Assembly (NCBI GenBank): GCA_045659405.1
Contig: JAZOWX010000033.1
Span: 4,205-68,204, forward strand
DNA: 64,000 bases
Reading direction: 5' to 3'
Source: Eubacteriales bacterium
Lineage (GTDB): Bacteria > Bacillota > Clostridia > Oscillospirales > CAG-272
Part shown: in pieces, positions 55,641-64,000 of the stretch
Position numbering within the stretch: position 1 is the stretch's first letter
Layout: every line of letters starts with the position of its first letter
Notes under the pieces: generated by a model
Told to the model about the DNA's origin: nothing
The model's input: the letters and a program-made list of their open reading frames with translations, nothing else
Databases searched by the model: none
Made by a program: the position numbers and the translations under genes

Positions 55641-55954
55641 GAGTCGAATTTCTTATATATCTTATCGTTATGGCGGGTGTAACCTACCTTGTAAGGCTCT
55701 TGCCTATGCTCTTTATAAGGCGGAAAATAACAAACCGCTTTGTCCGTTCTTTCCTTTATTATATACCTTATACCGTGCTGTCGGTTATGACAATCCCCGC
55801 TGTGTTCTATTCGACATCCTCGCCAATATCGGCGGTTGTCGGTGTAGCGGTTGCGGTAGCACTTGCGTTTTTCGGAAAAGGTCTTGTTACCGTTGCAGGC
55901 TTTGGCGCACTCTCGGTTTTTGCAGTCGAGCTTGTTATGCTGCTTGCGCAGTAA
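55637..55954 (+). CDS. azlD: AzlD-family branched-chain amino acid transport protein
   Basis: 105-aa hydrophobic protein (YLVRLLPMLF) overlapping the azlC stop by 4 nt. Confidence 0.75.
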   Translation: MRVEFLIYLIVMAGVTYLVRLLPMLFIRRKITNRFVRSFLYYIPYTVLSVMTIPAVFYSTSSPISAVVGVAVAVALAFFGKGLVTVAGFGALSVFAVELVMLLAQ

Positions 55955-56032
55955 TATAAGCTTTCTCTAAAACAGGTGGAAAGAATTTAAATACAGCAAA
56001 AAGGTTTAGGAAAAAATTCGCAACATTTTGTC

Positions 56033-56061
56033 TTGACAAGACCGTGCTTTTTGTGTATTAT
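56033..56061 (+). promoter_or_regulatory. candidate sigma-A promoter (TTGACA-17 nt-TATTAT)
   Basis: Hexamers at 56033-56038 and 56056-56061, 28 nt upstream of the ATG at 56089. Confidence 0.5.
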
Positions 56062-56088
56062 AAAAATGACATTGAAAGGAGATGTAAA

Positions 56089-57429
56089 ATGATAAATATC
56101 AATATTGATTTTAAAAACACGGCAGGTAAAATTAACGCTGTAAATTCGTTAAACAACGGCCCTGTCGGCTCGTCTGTGAGAAATACGAAATCCAACGTGT
56201 TTGCCGACCTCGAAATTCCGTATTCAAGACTACACGATTCATCCTTCAACGCATCATACGGAGGCGAGCATACGGTAGACGTACATAGAATATTTAAAAA
56301 CTTTGATGCTGATGAAAATGACCCCGCATCCTATCTTTTCGGTCCTACCGATGAGTATATAGCTACTATTGTAGCGGCGGGAACGAAGCCCTTTTATAGA
56401 CTCGGTGCATCTATCGAGCACGGCCACAAGGTTGGTACGCAGGTGCCGCCCGATTTTGCAAAGTGGGCAAGAATCTGCGAGCACATCATTATGCACTATA
56501 ATGAGGGCTGGGCAAACGGCTTTAACTACAATATAGAATATTGGGAGATTTGGAACGAGCCGGAATGCGGAGACGCTGACGGCACAAACCCCTGCTGGCA
56601 GGGCACAGAGGAGCAGTTTATAGACTTCTATGAGGTTGCCGCAAAGCATCTTAAGGGCAGATTCCCGAATCTTAAAATCGGCGGTCCGGCTTTCGCTATT
56701 GCTTGGCGCACGGATTTCAAAGAGGCTTTTATCCGTGCTGTGAGCGAGAGAAAAGCTCCGCTTGATTTCTTCTCATTCCACGCTTACATAAGAAGGCCCG
56801 AGACCTTGTATAAAGTGGCTGAAGTCGCAAGAGAGCTGCTCTGTGAATACGGACTCGGTGATACCGAGCTTGTGCTTGACGAGTGGAATTACATTCGCTC
56901 CTGGCAGGGCGAGGACTATAAGTACTCAATGAAGCAGATAAACGGACTAAAGGGTGCGTCTGTTGTTGCGGGCGGTATGTGTGCGGCACAGGCTGGCGGC
57001 ATCAGCAAGATGATGTACTACGAGGGCCGCCCCGGTGTTTGGTCGGGAATTTACGACCAGTTCTCCGAGCCGCAGAAGGCTTATTACAGCTTTATCTTCT
57101 TCCGTGAGCTTTACCGCCTCGGAACTTGGGTAAAGACCGATTATGCGTATGACAATATACACGTATGCGCCGCAACAGACGGCAAGGACGGTGCAATTCT
57201 TGCAACGAATTACAGCGAGCACGACAGCGATTTCCCAAGAAACGTTGTATTTAACGTAGCAAATCTCTTCTCCGAAAACGGCGGAAAAACCAGAGTGCAG
57301 ATATATAAAATAGGTAAGGAAAATGACGGCGAGCTTCTTTACGACGAGCCGTATTTCGATGAAAAGCCCGAAATTCGTGTACACCTTGAGCTTTTTGAAA
57401 CCGTTCTCATTAAAATTATTCCTATTTGA
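56089..57429 (+). CDS. clan GH-A glycoside hydrolase, GH39-like (beta-xylosidase-like)
   Basis: YWEIWNEPE acid/base motif followed by FPNLKIGGPA, as in GH39 enzymes. The ATG at 56089 has an AAAGGAG RBS. Confidence 0.55.
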   Translation: MININIDFKNTAGKINAVNSLNNGPVGSSVRNTKSNVFADLEIPYSRLHDSSFNASYGGEHTVDVHRIFKNFDADENDPASYLFGPTDEYIATIVAAGTKPFYRLGASIEHGHKVGTQVPPDFAKWARICEHIIMHYNEGWANGFNYNIEYWEIWNEPECGDADGTNPCWQGTEEQFIDFYEVAAKHLKGRFPNLKIGGPAFAIAWRTDFKEAFIRAVSERKAPLDFFSFHAYIRRPETLYKVAEVARELLCEYGLGDTELVLDEWNYIRSWQGEDYKYSMKQINGLKGASVVAGGMCAAQAGGISKMMYYEGRPGVWSGIYDQFSEPQKAYYSFIFFRELYRLGTWVKTDYAYDNIHVCAATDGKDGAILATNYSEHDSDFPRNVVFNVANLFSENGGKTRVQIYKIGKENDGELLYDEPYFDEKPEIRVHLELFETVLIKIIPI

Positions 57430-57466
57430 ACAACTCTTCGTTAAAAATTATTTGCGAGTTAAGCCT

Positions 57467-57814
57467 ATGAAAATTCTTTTTCAAGGCGATTCTATTACGG
57501 ATTCGGGTAGAGACAAAGGAAGTGAAGTGCACGTAGGCACGGGTTATCCGCTTCTTGTAAAATCCGAGCTTGGATTTTGTGAGCCCGGAAAGTACGAATT
57601 TATCAATAAGGGTATAAACGGCAACAGAATAGTTGATATTTATGCCCGTATAAGGCAGGATATTATAAATCTTACGCCTGACGTGTTGAGCATACTAGTA
57701 GGTGTTAATGACGTATGGCATAATTTCCATGCGAGTCCAAACGGTGTTCATCCCACCCCTATGGGTCACGAGCTTATCAAAAACGAGTGGATGAAGGCAT
57801 TTGAAAATATTTAA
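57467..57814 (+). CDS. SGNH/GDSL hydrolase-like protein, internally shortened (115 aa)
   Basis: Block I FQGDSITD, block II GINGN and block III GVNDVWH run directly into a block V-like NGVHPTPMGH. There is no obvious RBS. Confidence 0.45.
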   Translation: MKILFQGDSITDSGRDKGSEVHVGTGYPLLVKSELGFCEPGKYEFINKGINGNRIVDIYARIRQDIINLTPDVLSILVGVNDVWHNFHASPNGVHPTPMGHELIKNEWMKAFENI

Positions 57815-57817
57815 AAT

Positions 57818-57865
57818 AAAAAAGCGCTTATGATATGCGATTTTACATATCATAAGCGCTTTTTG
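57818..57865. terminator. strong bidirectional terminator between convergent genes
   Basis: AAAAAGCGCTTATGATATG (57819-57837) pairs with CATATCATAAGCGCTTTTT (57846-57864), a perfect 19-bp stem including the A/T runs. Confidence 0.75.
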
Positions 57866-57905
57866 CAAACAATTGATTGCAATATAAGCCTTTTATTGGC
57901 TGAAA

Positions 57906-60008
57906 TTATATTTTAAATATAATGTCACCGTACGTGGGCATCGGCCAGGCATCTCTTGCTACAAGCAGCTCCATTGAGTCAACGAGAGTGCGGAGCGCAT
58001 TCATTTTAGGAATTACGCTGTTCTTATAATAGAAGGACGCTTCCTCTGCGCACTCCTTGGTGATAGCCGTACTCTCCACACGCTCAAGGGCGGTGTATGC
58101 CGAGTAGGTTTTGGAAAGCAGGTCTGAAAGCTTTTCTATTATCTCGCATTCGCACACGGTATCAATATTCTTGATTGCCATACGCTTTGCGTTGACAGCA
58201 TCCGAAAGTCTGCCGATATATTCTGACACAGCGGGGATGATATCACGCACAGTCATCTCAAGCATAGTACGTGCCTCGATATTCTTAACCTTTCTGTAAT
58301 TCTCAAAGAATATCTCACGGCGGGATTTCATCTCGGTCTCGCTCATAACGCCAAAGTCACCAAAGAGCGAGATGTTCTTCTCATCTGTAAAGTGCTCGTA
58401 TGCTTCGGGGGCTGTCTTGAAGTTGGAAAGACCTCTTGCCGCAGCCTCGGCTTCCCATTCCTTTGAGTAAGAGTTTCCACCGAAGAATATACGCTTGTGC
58501 GCACGGAACGTATCCGCAATAAGCTTGTCCAGCGTAGCATCAAAATTCTCGCAGGATTCGAGTATATCAGCAAAGTCGTGAAGCGATTTTGCAACCGCTG
58601 TGTTAAGCACGATGTTTGCAAGAGCTATATTCTGTGACGAGCCAACCATTCTGAATTCGAACTTGTTTCCCGTAAAGGCAAACGGTGAGGTTCTGTTTCT
58701 GTCTGTTGTATCACGTCTTATATTCGGGAGCATAGACGTACCGAGCGACATATATTTCTTATCGCTGTTTTTCGAATACTTCGAGCCGTCTATAATTGAG
58801 CCTACTATCGTGTCAAGCTCATCTCCAAGGAATATTGAAATAATTGCGGGGGGCGCTTCGTGACCGCCAAGACGGCAGTCGTTTGCCGCTGTTGCCGCAG
58901 AAATACGTAAGAGATCCTGATAATCGTCACCCGCCTTTACGACAGCCGCAAGTACAAGCAGAAACTGCTTGTTTTCCTCGGGTGTTTTGCCGGGCTTCAG
59001 AAGATTCTTTCCTGTGTCTGTTCCAAGCGACCAGTTGTTGTGCTTACCCGAGCCGTTAATACCGTCAAACGGCTTTTCGGTAAGCAGGCAGGTCATACCG
59101 TATTTCGGCGCAAGTCTTCTCATACATTCCATAGTAAGCAGGTTCTGGTCTACTGCTATGTTTGTAGTGCAGAAAACGGGCGCAAGCTCGTGCTGCGAGG
59201 GCGCAGCCTCGTTATGCTTTGTCTTTGCGCTGATTCCAAGCCTCCAAAGCTCGGTATCAAGCTCGTGCATAAATGCACTTACCTTTGGCGGGAGCGCTCC
59301 GAAATAGTGATCCTCCATTTCCTGACCCTTAATTGCGGGCGCACCGAACAGCGTTCTTCCGCAGAAGAACAGGTCGCGACGAGCCTTGAAATCCTCCTCG
59401 TCAATAAGGAAGTATTCCTGCTCTGCGCCAACCGTGGTTATAACACGCTTTGCCTCTGTATCACCGAAAAGACGAACTATTCGAAGTCCCTCTGTGTTTA
59501 TTGCATCCATAGAACGCAGAAGCGGTGTTTTTGTATCAAGCGCCTCGCCTGTGTAGGAGCAAAAGGCAGTCGGTATGTAAAGCGAGCCGTCCTTTACAAA
59601 GGCATAGGATGCGGGATCCCAGGCTGTATATCCCCTTGCTTCAAACGTGGCACGCAGGCCGCCAGAGGGGAAAGAGGAAGCGTCAGGCTCACCCTTTATA
59701 AGCTCCTTGCCCGAGAACTCCATTATCGCCTTTCCGTGTCCTATCGGAGAGAGAAAAGCATCGTGCTTCTCGGCAGTCACACCTGTGAGCGGCTGGAACC
59801 AATGCGTATAGTGTGTAGCACCGTGCGAGATTGCCCAATCCTTCATTGCACCTGCAACCGTATCGGCAATTCCGGCATCAATTTCCTTGCCCTCTGCTAT
59901 GGTATTAAGAAGCGATTTATAAACCTCTTTCGGAAGCTTATCTCGCATTACGTCCTCGCTGAAAATCTGCGAAGCGAATATCTCGGGAATTCTTGTGGTG
60001 TTTTCCAT
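57906..60008 (-). CDS. glnN: glutamine synthetase type III
   Basis: About 700 aa. The N-terminus [24 protein letters not shown]... and internal GS catalytic blocks are typical of GSIII. Confidence 0.9.
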   Translation of the reverse strand: MENTTRIPEIFASQIFSEDVMRDKLPKEVYKSLLNTIAEGKEIDAGIADTVAGAMKDWAISHGATHYTHWFQPLTGVTAEKHDAFLSPIGHGKAIMEFSGKELIKGEPDASSFPSGGLRATFEARGYTAWDPASYAFVKDGSLYIPTAFCSYTGEALDTKTPLLRSMDAINTEGLRIVRLFGDTEAKRVITTVGAEQEYFLIDEEDFKARRDLFFCGRTLFGAPAIKGQEMEDHYFGALPPKVSAFMHELDTELWRLGISAKTKHNEAAPSQHELAPVFCTTNIAVDQNLLTMECMRRLAPKYGMTCLLTEKPFDGINGSGKHNNWSLGTDTGKNLLKPGKTPEENKQFLLVLAAVVKAGDDYQDLLRISAATAANDCRLGGHEAPPAIISIFLGDELDTIVGSIIDGSKYSKNSDKKYMSLGTSMLPNIRRDTTDRNRTSPFAFTGNKFEFRMVGSSQNIALANIVLNTAVAKSLHDFADILESCENFDATLDKLIADTFRAHKRIFFGGNSYSKEWEAEAAARGLSNFKTAPEAYEHFTDEKNISLFGDFGVMSETEMKSRREIFFENYRKVKNIEARTMLEMTVRDIIPAVSEYIGRLSDAVNAKRMAIKNIDTVCECEIIEKLSDLLSKTYSAYTALERVESTAITKECAEEASFYYKNSVIPKMNALRTLVDSMELLVARDAWPMPTYGDIIFKI

Positions 60009-60037
60009 TTGCCACGCTCCTAAAATTTAATAATATT

Positions 60038-60066
60038 ATTATATACAAATAAAAGCTCAATGTCAA
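60038..60066 (-). promoter_or_regulatory. consensus sigma-A promoter of glnN (TTGACA-17 nt-TATAAT)
   Basis: On the minus strand, TTGACA is at 60066..60061 and TATAAT at 60043..60038, with a short leader to a TAGGAG RBS. Confidence 0.6.
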
Positions 60067-60104
60067 GTTTTTATAGCTCTTTTCTTCTTTTGGGGGTTGA
60101 TATA

Positions 60105-60133
60105 TTGACTTTTTCTATGCATAATGGTATAAT
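60105..60133 (+). promoter_or_regulatory. sigma-A promoter of the exonuclease gene (TTGACT-17 nt-TATAAT, TGn extended)
   Basis: Hexamers at 60105-60110 and 60128-60133, with TG at 60125-60126. Confidence 0.55.
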
Positions 60134-60169
60134 TATTTTCGTTGTATGATAAAAAGAAAGGTTTAACCG

Positions 60170-61171
60170 ATGTACTACATAACACTTGACCTGGAGTGGA
60201 ACCAGGCGTATGCGGAAAAGTCGCTTGCGGTGCAAAAGCGATTGAATTGCCGTCTGCGTGGCGAGGTTATACAGATAGGCGCTGTAAAGCTTGACAAGAA
60301 GCTTCAGCCCTGCGGCTCTTATCAGATAATAGTCAAGCCAAAATATTTTAAAAAGATTCATAAGCACGTTTCTTCTCTGACGGGAATAACACAGGAGCGT
60401 ATGGACAGCGGTGTATCTCTGCCCGAGGCGGCGGAGAGCTTCAAGCGCTGGTGCGGAAAGGACTTCGTATTTCTCACATGGGGGCCTGATGATATCCCGA
60501 TGCTCAAGGAGAATTTTAACGTTCACGGTATTTCTTCCGAGTGGCTCGATAAGGTCTATGACCTGCAGAGAATATTCAACAAAGAGAACAGCGACGGCGC
60601 AAAGCAACGCTCTCTCGAATATGCTATGGAATTTTATGAAATTCCGCAAACACTTCCTGCACACGATGCTCTTAACGATGCGTATTTCACAGCGCTCGTT
60701 GCGGCAAAGCTTGACGTTGAGGGCGGCATAGCCGCATACAGCCTTGCCGAGGGGAATATGCTCGAAAGCGAGGTTATCGGAGATGCGGATGCGGGCGGTG
60801 ACGGATACGTTACGATAAGCGAGATGCTCGATGACGATATTGTAAAAGCACCGATATGCCCGATATGCAAAAAGCCGCTTATACCTCTTGATAAGCCTCT
60901 GCACAGCAAAGGGCAGAAATACACATATCACTACAAGTGCAAAACGCACGGAGATATGTTCTTGGTGCTGAAGCTTCACAGAAACTTTAACGAAACCTGG
61001 CGTGCAAAGCGCACTGTCAGCCGTGTAGAGGAGAGGGAAATCTCCGAGTACCGCGCGGCACTTGAGCGTGCGAGCGTTGTAAGAAAGCACAGAACAAGAC
61101 GGGGCGGACAGAGATCAAGACGCAAATTCGCCGCTCAAGGCGAAAAAACAAATACCGTAACCAAGTCTTGA
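60170..61171 (+). CDS. DEDDh-type 3'-5' exonuclease (KapD/ERI-1-like) with C-terminal Cys-containing and basic tail
   Basis: Exo I LDLEWN, Exo II-like segments and Exo III HDALNDAY. C-terminal CPICKKPL...YKCKTHG plus an R/K-rich end. Confidence 0.8.
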   Translation: MYYITLDLEWNQAYAEKSLAVQKRLNCRLRGEVIQIGAVKLDKKLQPCGSYQIIVKPKYFKKIHKHVSSLTGITQERMDSGVSLPEAAESFKRWCGKDFVFLTWGPDDIPMLKENFNVHGISSEWLDKVYDLQRIFNKENSDGAKQRSLEYAMEFYEIPQTLPAHDALNDAYFTALVAAKLDVEGGIAAYSLAEGNMLESEVIGDADAGGDGYVTISEMLDDDIVKAPICPICKKPLIPLDKPLHSKGQKYTYHYKCKTHGDMFLVLKLHRNFNETWRAKRTVSRVEEREISEYRAALERASVVRKHRTRRGGQRSRRKFAAQGEKTNTVTKS

Positions 61172-61189
61172 AAACGGTAAAATTAAGAA

Positions 61190-61232
61190 AAAAGACGGCA
61201 ATGGGTGCAAATTGCCGTCTTTTCCTTTTGGT
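61190..61232. terminator. bidirectional terminator between the exonuclease gene and thiT
   Basis: AAGACGGCAAT (61192-61202) pairs with ATTGCCGTCTT (61211-61221), with an A-run before and a T-rich tract after. Confidence 0.6.
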
Positions 61233-61296
61233 TTTTAAAATTACTCTCACATTCTCTTTCCTGTAAGTGAGAGTGCGAAAATCCAAGATGATTTTT

Positions 61297-62103
61297 TTAT
61301 TTCGCTTTGCTGCCGTGCTTATTTGCCGCTATCATAACAGCTACGAATATTGCAAGTGCGGCTATGCTGACACCGCCTATTGCCCACCAGTTTGCATAGG
61401 CTAAATTTTTGATTACAAAATCACCTGTTTCGGCATCCTGTATCACCTCAAAAATCTTGACAGTATCAAAAATCACGGCAAACACAAGCACGAGTGTGCC
61501 GAGTGTTTTCGGAATATAGCCGACGTTTTCTGCTGTTCGGTTTCTTGTAGGTACAGACCTTGAAAAATCAACAGCCGAGGCAAGATATACCGCCGCTGTA
61601 ACAAGCACTATTGTTTCGGGAATCATATAGGTTGCGTTGTAGCTTATGGAATATATGAGCGCCGCCTCTGTCGGTATAGAGAGTCCTGCCCAAATTGTTG
61701 CGCCCGATATTACGTGGAATATATAACGCAAAACCGAGGGCAGAAGCGCAGATGCGAAAATTGCGGCGGTGTAGGGAAGCCTTTTTCTGAACAGCGGCGC
61801 AATACCGAATACCGCAAAGGCGAGTATATAGTCGAAAACAGCAAGTGCTACAATCGACTGCCAGGTAGTGAAATACGAGAAGTTTTTCAGTCCCAGAAGA
61901 AGCTGTATTACAGATGACGTCAGAGCCGCAGATATGCCCCACCTTGCACCGTGTCTGTACGCAAATATAATTATCGGGAGCATTGATGCAAAGGTTACCG
62001 ATCCGCCGTATGGCATCTCAAGCAGCTTGAAAAGCGAAAGCACGGTAGAAAGCGCTATCATAATTCCCGCTTCGGTGAGAGCTAAAATTTGTCTTTTTTT
62101 CAT
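61297..62103 (-). CDS. thiT: thiamine transporter ThiT-like ECF S-component with extra C-terminal TM segments
   Basis: EAGIMIALSTVLS...PYGGSVT pattern, with a TPP riboswitch immediately upstream. The ATG at 62103 has an AAAGGAGG RBS. Confidence 0.7.
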   Translation of the reverse strand: MKKRQILALTEAGIMIALSTVLSLFKLLEMPYGGSVTFASMLPIIIFAYRHGARWGISAALTSSVIQLLLGLKNFSYFTTWQSIVALAVFDYILAFAVFGIAPLFRKRLPYTAAIFASALLPSVLRYIFHVISGATIWAGLSIPTEAALIYSISYNATYMIPETIVLVTAAVYLASAVDFSRSVPTRNRTAENVGYIPKTLGTLVLVFAVIFDTVKIFEVIQDAETGDFVIKNLAYANWWAIGGVSIAALAIFVAVMIAANKHGSKAK

Positions 62104-62159
62104 TTTTCCTCCTTTTTGACAGTACAAATATACGCTGTCTGTCAATAGCCATAAGTTTT

Positions 62160-62320
62160 GGCAAAAAAATCTACCGTACAGGACGAATGTCTGTACGGTA
62201 GATTTGAGCGAAAAACGCTGCTTATCCTATCTCCCTACGACGGCATTATCCGTATCAGGTTAAAGGGTTTGGCGAAAAAGCCATCTCAGCCGTATTGCAA
62301 AAAGCAAAGCACCCCTGACA
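62160..62320 (-). promoter_or_regulatory. TPP (THI-box) riboswitch with intrinsic-terminator expression platform
   Basis: The minus strand reads CAGGGGTGC...CTGAGA...ACCCTTTAACCTGATACGGATAATGCCGTCGTAGGGA, the THI-element core. It is followed by the hairpin ATCTACCGTACAG/CTGTACGGTAGAT (62203..62169) and TTTTTTT. Confidence 0.85.
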
Positions 62321-62369
62321 TATATTCTGTTCGGTAGCCGATGCTGTGTTGATTTGCATCGACAGGTCT

Positions 62370-62398
62370 ATTATAAACCGTCATTTCGGTTTTGTCAA
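62370..62398 (-). promoter_or_regulatory. consensus sigma-A promoter driving riboswitch-thiT (TTGACA-17 nt-TATAAT)
   Basis: On the minus strand, TTGACA is at 62398..62393 and TATAAT at 62375..62370. Confidence 0.65.
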
Positions 62399-62406
62399 TA
62401 GCGAAT

Positions 62407-63027
62407 TTAATTATTTTCAGCCATAATGAGAAGCCTACCGTTAGCAACCGAAATCTCTGCCGCATCATCGGTAAAGCTGTTTGAAACACCGAGAGGGAAG
62501 TCGCAGGTGAGTGTAACTTCATTTGCCGTGTACTTCGTACCCTTGATGGTGACGCCAAGTGCCTCCCCACCGAAGGCAAAGACCGAAAGTGTGTCGCCCG
62601 ACTTACCCGAGAGTGAAACCGCTTCGTTTTCTATGATGAATGAATATGTTTTCTCTCCTATAAGATACATCTGCTTTCCTTGCTTTTTTGCATAATAAAG
62701 CAAACAATAGTTAGCAAAAGTATGGTCATCCCTGCCGCCAACACCGCCAAAAACGTAGAACGTATCATATCCGCGACGCACTCCCTCCAAAAAAGCGAGG
62801 TGCATATCCGTCTCATCCTTTTCGATTTTGTGGCGGATATATTCTATATTTTGGGGAACGCTTCCCGAATCAAAGTCACCGACAACAAGGTTCGGGATAA
62901 TACCTTTTGACAGAAGCGTATCACAGCCGCCGTCAGCGGCTATTATAAAATCGTATTTGTCCTTGTCAAAGCGGCTTATGAAAAAATCTCCCGCACCGAC
63001 AATAGCACAGACCTTCATAAGCTTCAA
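62407..63027 (-). CDS. thiN: thiamine diphosphokinase
   Basis: IVGAGDF..., IAADGG and VVGDFDS motifs, with a C-terminal TPK B1-binding domain. Confidence 0.85.
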   Translation of the reverse strand: MKLMKVCAIVGAGDFFISRFDKDKYDFIIAADGGCDTLLSKGIIPNLVVGDFDSGSVPQNIEYIRHKIEKDETDMHLAFLEGVRRGYDTFYVFGGVGGRDDHTFANYCLLYYAKKQGKQMYLIGEKTYSFIIENEAVSLSGKSGDTLSVFAFGGEALGVTIKGTKYTANEVTLTCDFPLGVSNSFTDDAAEISVANGRLLIMAENN

Positions 63028-64000
63028 TCCTCTTTTAGCATTTCGTCTATGGCACGCATAACACCAAGCTTGCCGTATTCATAGGTGAGTCCGCCCTGCA
63101 TAAAAGCGGTATAGGGGGGTGTCAGAGGACCGTCACAGCTAAGCTCGTTTGTAGCGCCCGTGACAAACGTACCCGCCGCCATAATTTCGGGGTGCGGGTA
63201 ACCCGGCATATCACCGGGTACGGGTGTACAGTATGCCTCAACAGGCGACCCCTTTTGTATTCCCGTGCAGAATTTGATGAGGTTTTCAGGGGTGTTCAAA
63301 TCAACCGTCTGCACGATATCCGTGCGCACCTCATCATAGGTGGGGTCGATATGCGAAAATCCGCAAAGCTCAAGCATTCTTGCCGCAAACGACATTGATT
63401 TGAGAGTTGACGCTACTGCTGCGGGCGCCATAAAGAAGCCCTTGTAGAAGCTTGCAAGCTGGTTGAAGTTAGCGCCAAGCTCCTTTCCGACGCAAGGGGC
63501 GGTGAGCCTTTCTGCGATATCCTCGATAACGTCACGTCTTCCGACACAGTATCCGCCGCTCACAGCAAAGCCTGCTCCGAGATTCTTCATCATAGAGCCA
63601 ACGAAAACGTCAGCTCCTACGTCTGTCGGCTCTCTGTCCTCGGTAAATTCACCGTAGCAGTTATCAACCATTATAATGCTTTCGGGGCTTACTTCCTTTA
63701 TAGCCTTGATAGCCTTTTCTATCTTGTCAATGGTCAGGCTCTTTCTTCTTGAATAGCCTCGACTGCGCTGAATGGCAACAAGCTTTACAAAGCTCTCGGA
63801 AAGACGGGCTTTGATAGCCTCTATATCAAAATCATCATCAACAAGTCCGATTTCTTCGTATTTTATACCGCATTTTATCAGCGAATTGCGGCTGTCGCCG
63901 TGCGTTCCGATAACGCTGCCGAGCGTATCGTACGGAGCGCCGGTAACGTAAAGAAGCGTGTCACCGTATTTGAGCAGACCGCCGAGAGTTATGGCAAGTG
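63024..64000 (-). CDS. aluminium-resistance/YnbB-family PLP-dependent (Cys/Met metabolism lyase-like) protein, 5' end outside the window
   Basis: The frame stays open from 63671 to the window edge, reading ...GDTLLYVTGAPYDTLGSVIG...IIMVDNCYGEF...SMMKNLGAG. Its stop overlaps the thiN start by 4 nt. Confidence 0.75.
   Translation of the reverse strand, partial: LAITLGGLLKYGDTLLYVTGAPYDTLGSVIGTHGDSRNSLIKCGIKYEEIGLVDDDFDIEAIKARLSESFVKLVAIQRSRGYSRRKSLTIDKIEKAIKAIKEVSPESIIMVDNCYGEFTEDREPTDVGADVFVGSMMKNLGAGFAVSGGYCVGRRDVIEDIAERLTAPCVGKELGANFNQLASFYKGFFMAPAAVASTLKSMSFAARMLELCGFSHIDPTYDEVRTDIVQTVDLNTPENLIKFCTGIQKGSPVEAYCTPVPGDMPGYPHPEIMAAGTFVTGATNELSCDGPLTPPYTAFMQGGLTYEYGKLGVMRAIDEMLKED

Noticed and set aside
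59040-61090. 327-aa plus ORF (59040-60023) antisense to glnN, and 339-aa minus ORF (60071-61090) antisense to the exonuclease gene.
   Set aside because: The opposite-strand genes have clear family motifs and consensus promoters. These ORFs have Cys/Arg/Leu-rich nonsense composition.
62104-62145. 14-aa N-terminal extension of thiT (MTDSVYLYCQKGGK).
   Set aside because: The ATG at 62103 is preceded by AAAGGAGG. The extension would overlap the riboswitch expression-platform region.
62286-62579. 97-aa minus ORF spanning the TPP riboswitch and the thiN 3' end.
   Set aside because: It overlaps a clearly recognisable riboswitch and promoter and is out of frame with thiN, so it is not coding.
1-64000. 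Mobile elements, prophage, defence islands, CRISPR arrays, and rRNA/tRNA genes.
   Set aside because: I found no transposase, integrase, recombinase or phage structural motifs, no terminal inverted repeats or attachment-site duplications, no short-repeat arrays and no tRNA cloverleaf candidates in the intergenic regions.

Overview
This 64-kb window looks like a chromosomal segment of a Gram-positive, Clostridia-like genome. The evidence is AAGGAG-type RBSs, near-consensus TTGACA/TATAAT promoters, type-1B DHODH (pyrK/pyrD), the rimP-nusA-ylxR-ylxQ-infB gene order and a type III glutamine synthetase. No rRNA or tRNA is present, so the taxonomy is inference. All calls come from reading the sequence and ORF translations by eye; no database search was run.

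I call about 50 protein-coding genes, most of them housekeeping:
- A minus-strand pyrimidine operon, pyrC-carB-pyrK-pyrD-pyrF-pyrE then pyrB.
- rimP-nusA-ylxR-ylxQ-infB.
- miaA, a galactokinase-like gene, and recA-recX.
- An ABC exporter and azlCD.
- glnN (GS type III).
- thiN, followed by a TPP riboswitch and thiT.
- Sugar and glycosidase genes, and several redox or hydrolase genes.

I saw no CRISPR array, transposase, integrase or phage genes.

The outstanding feature is one 11,286-nt ORF (21109..32394) encoding a 3,761-aa protein.
- It has no signal peptide, is extremely charged and alpha-helical in character, and has a single hydrophobic helix 34 residues from the C-terminus.
- It contains 14 (+1 degenerate) diverged copies of a repeat module that is exactly 94 aa (282 nt) each time, plus two further repeat families.
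- It is tightly packed behind a MutS-domain-V ATPase, a type II pantothenate-kinase-like gene and a CBS gene.
- Its stop overlaps a 73-aa basic ORF.
- I recognise no characterised family for it.

Secondary oddities:
- PyrB carries a fused PyrI-type zinc domain, and the pyr operon has no carA or pyrR.
- A GH3 glycosidase is split by a 1-nt frameshift in a G5/C5 run.
- An Ogg-type glycosylase has a 6-Cys insertion.
- An SGNH hydrolase is internally shortened.
- A Cys/Asp-repeat lipoprotein gene at the left edge is missing from the ORF track.
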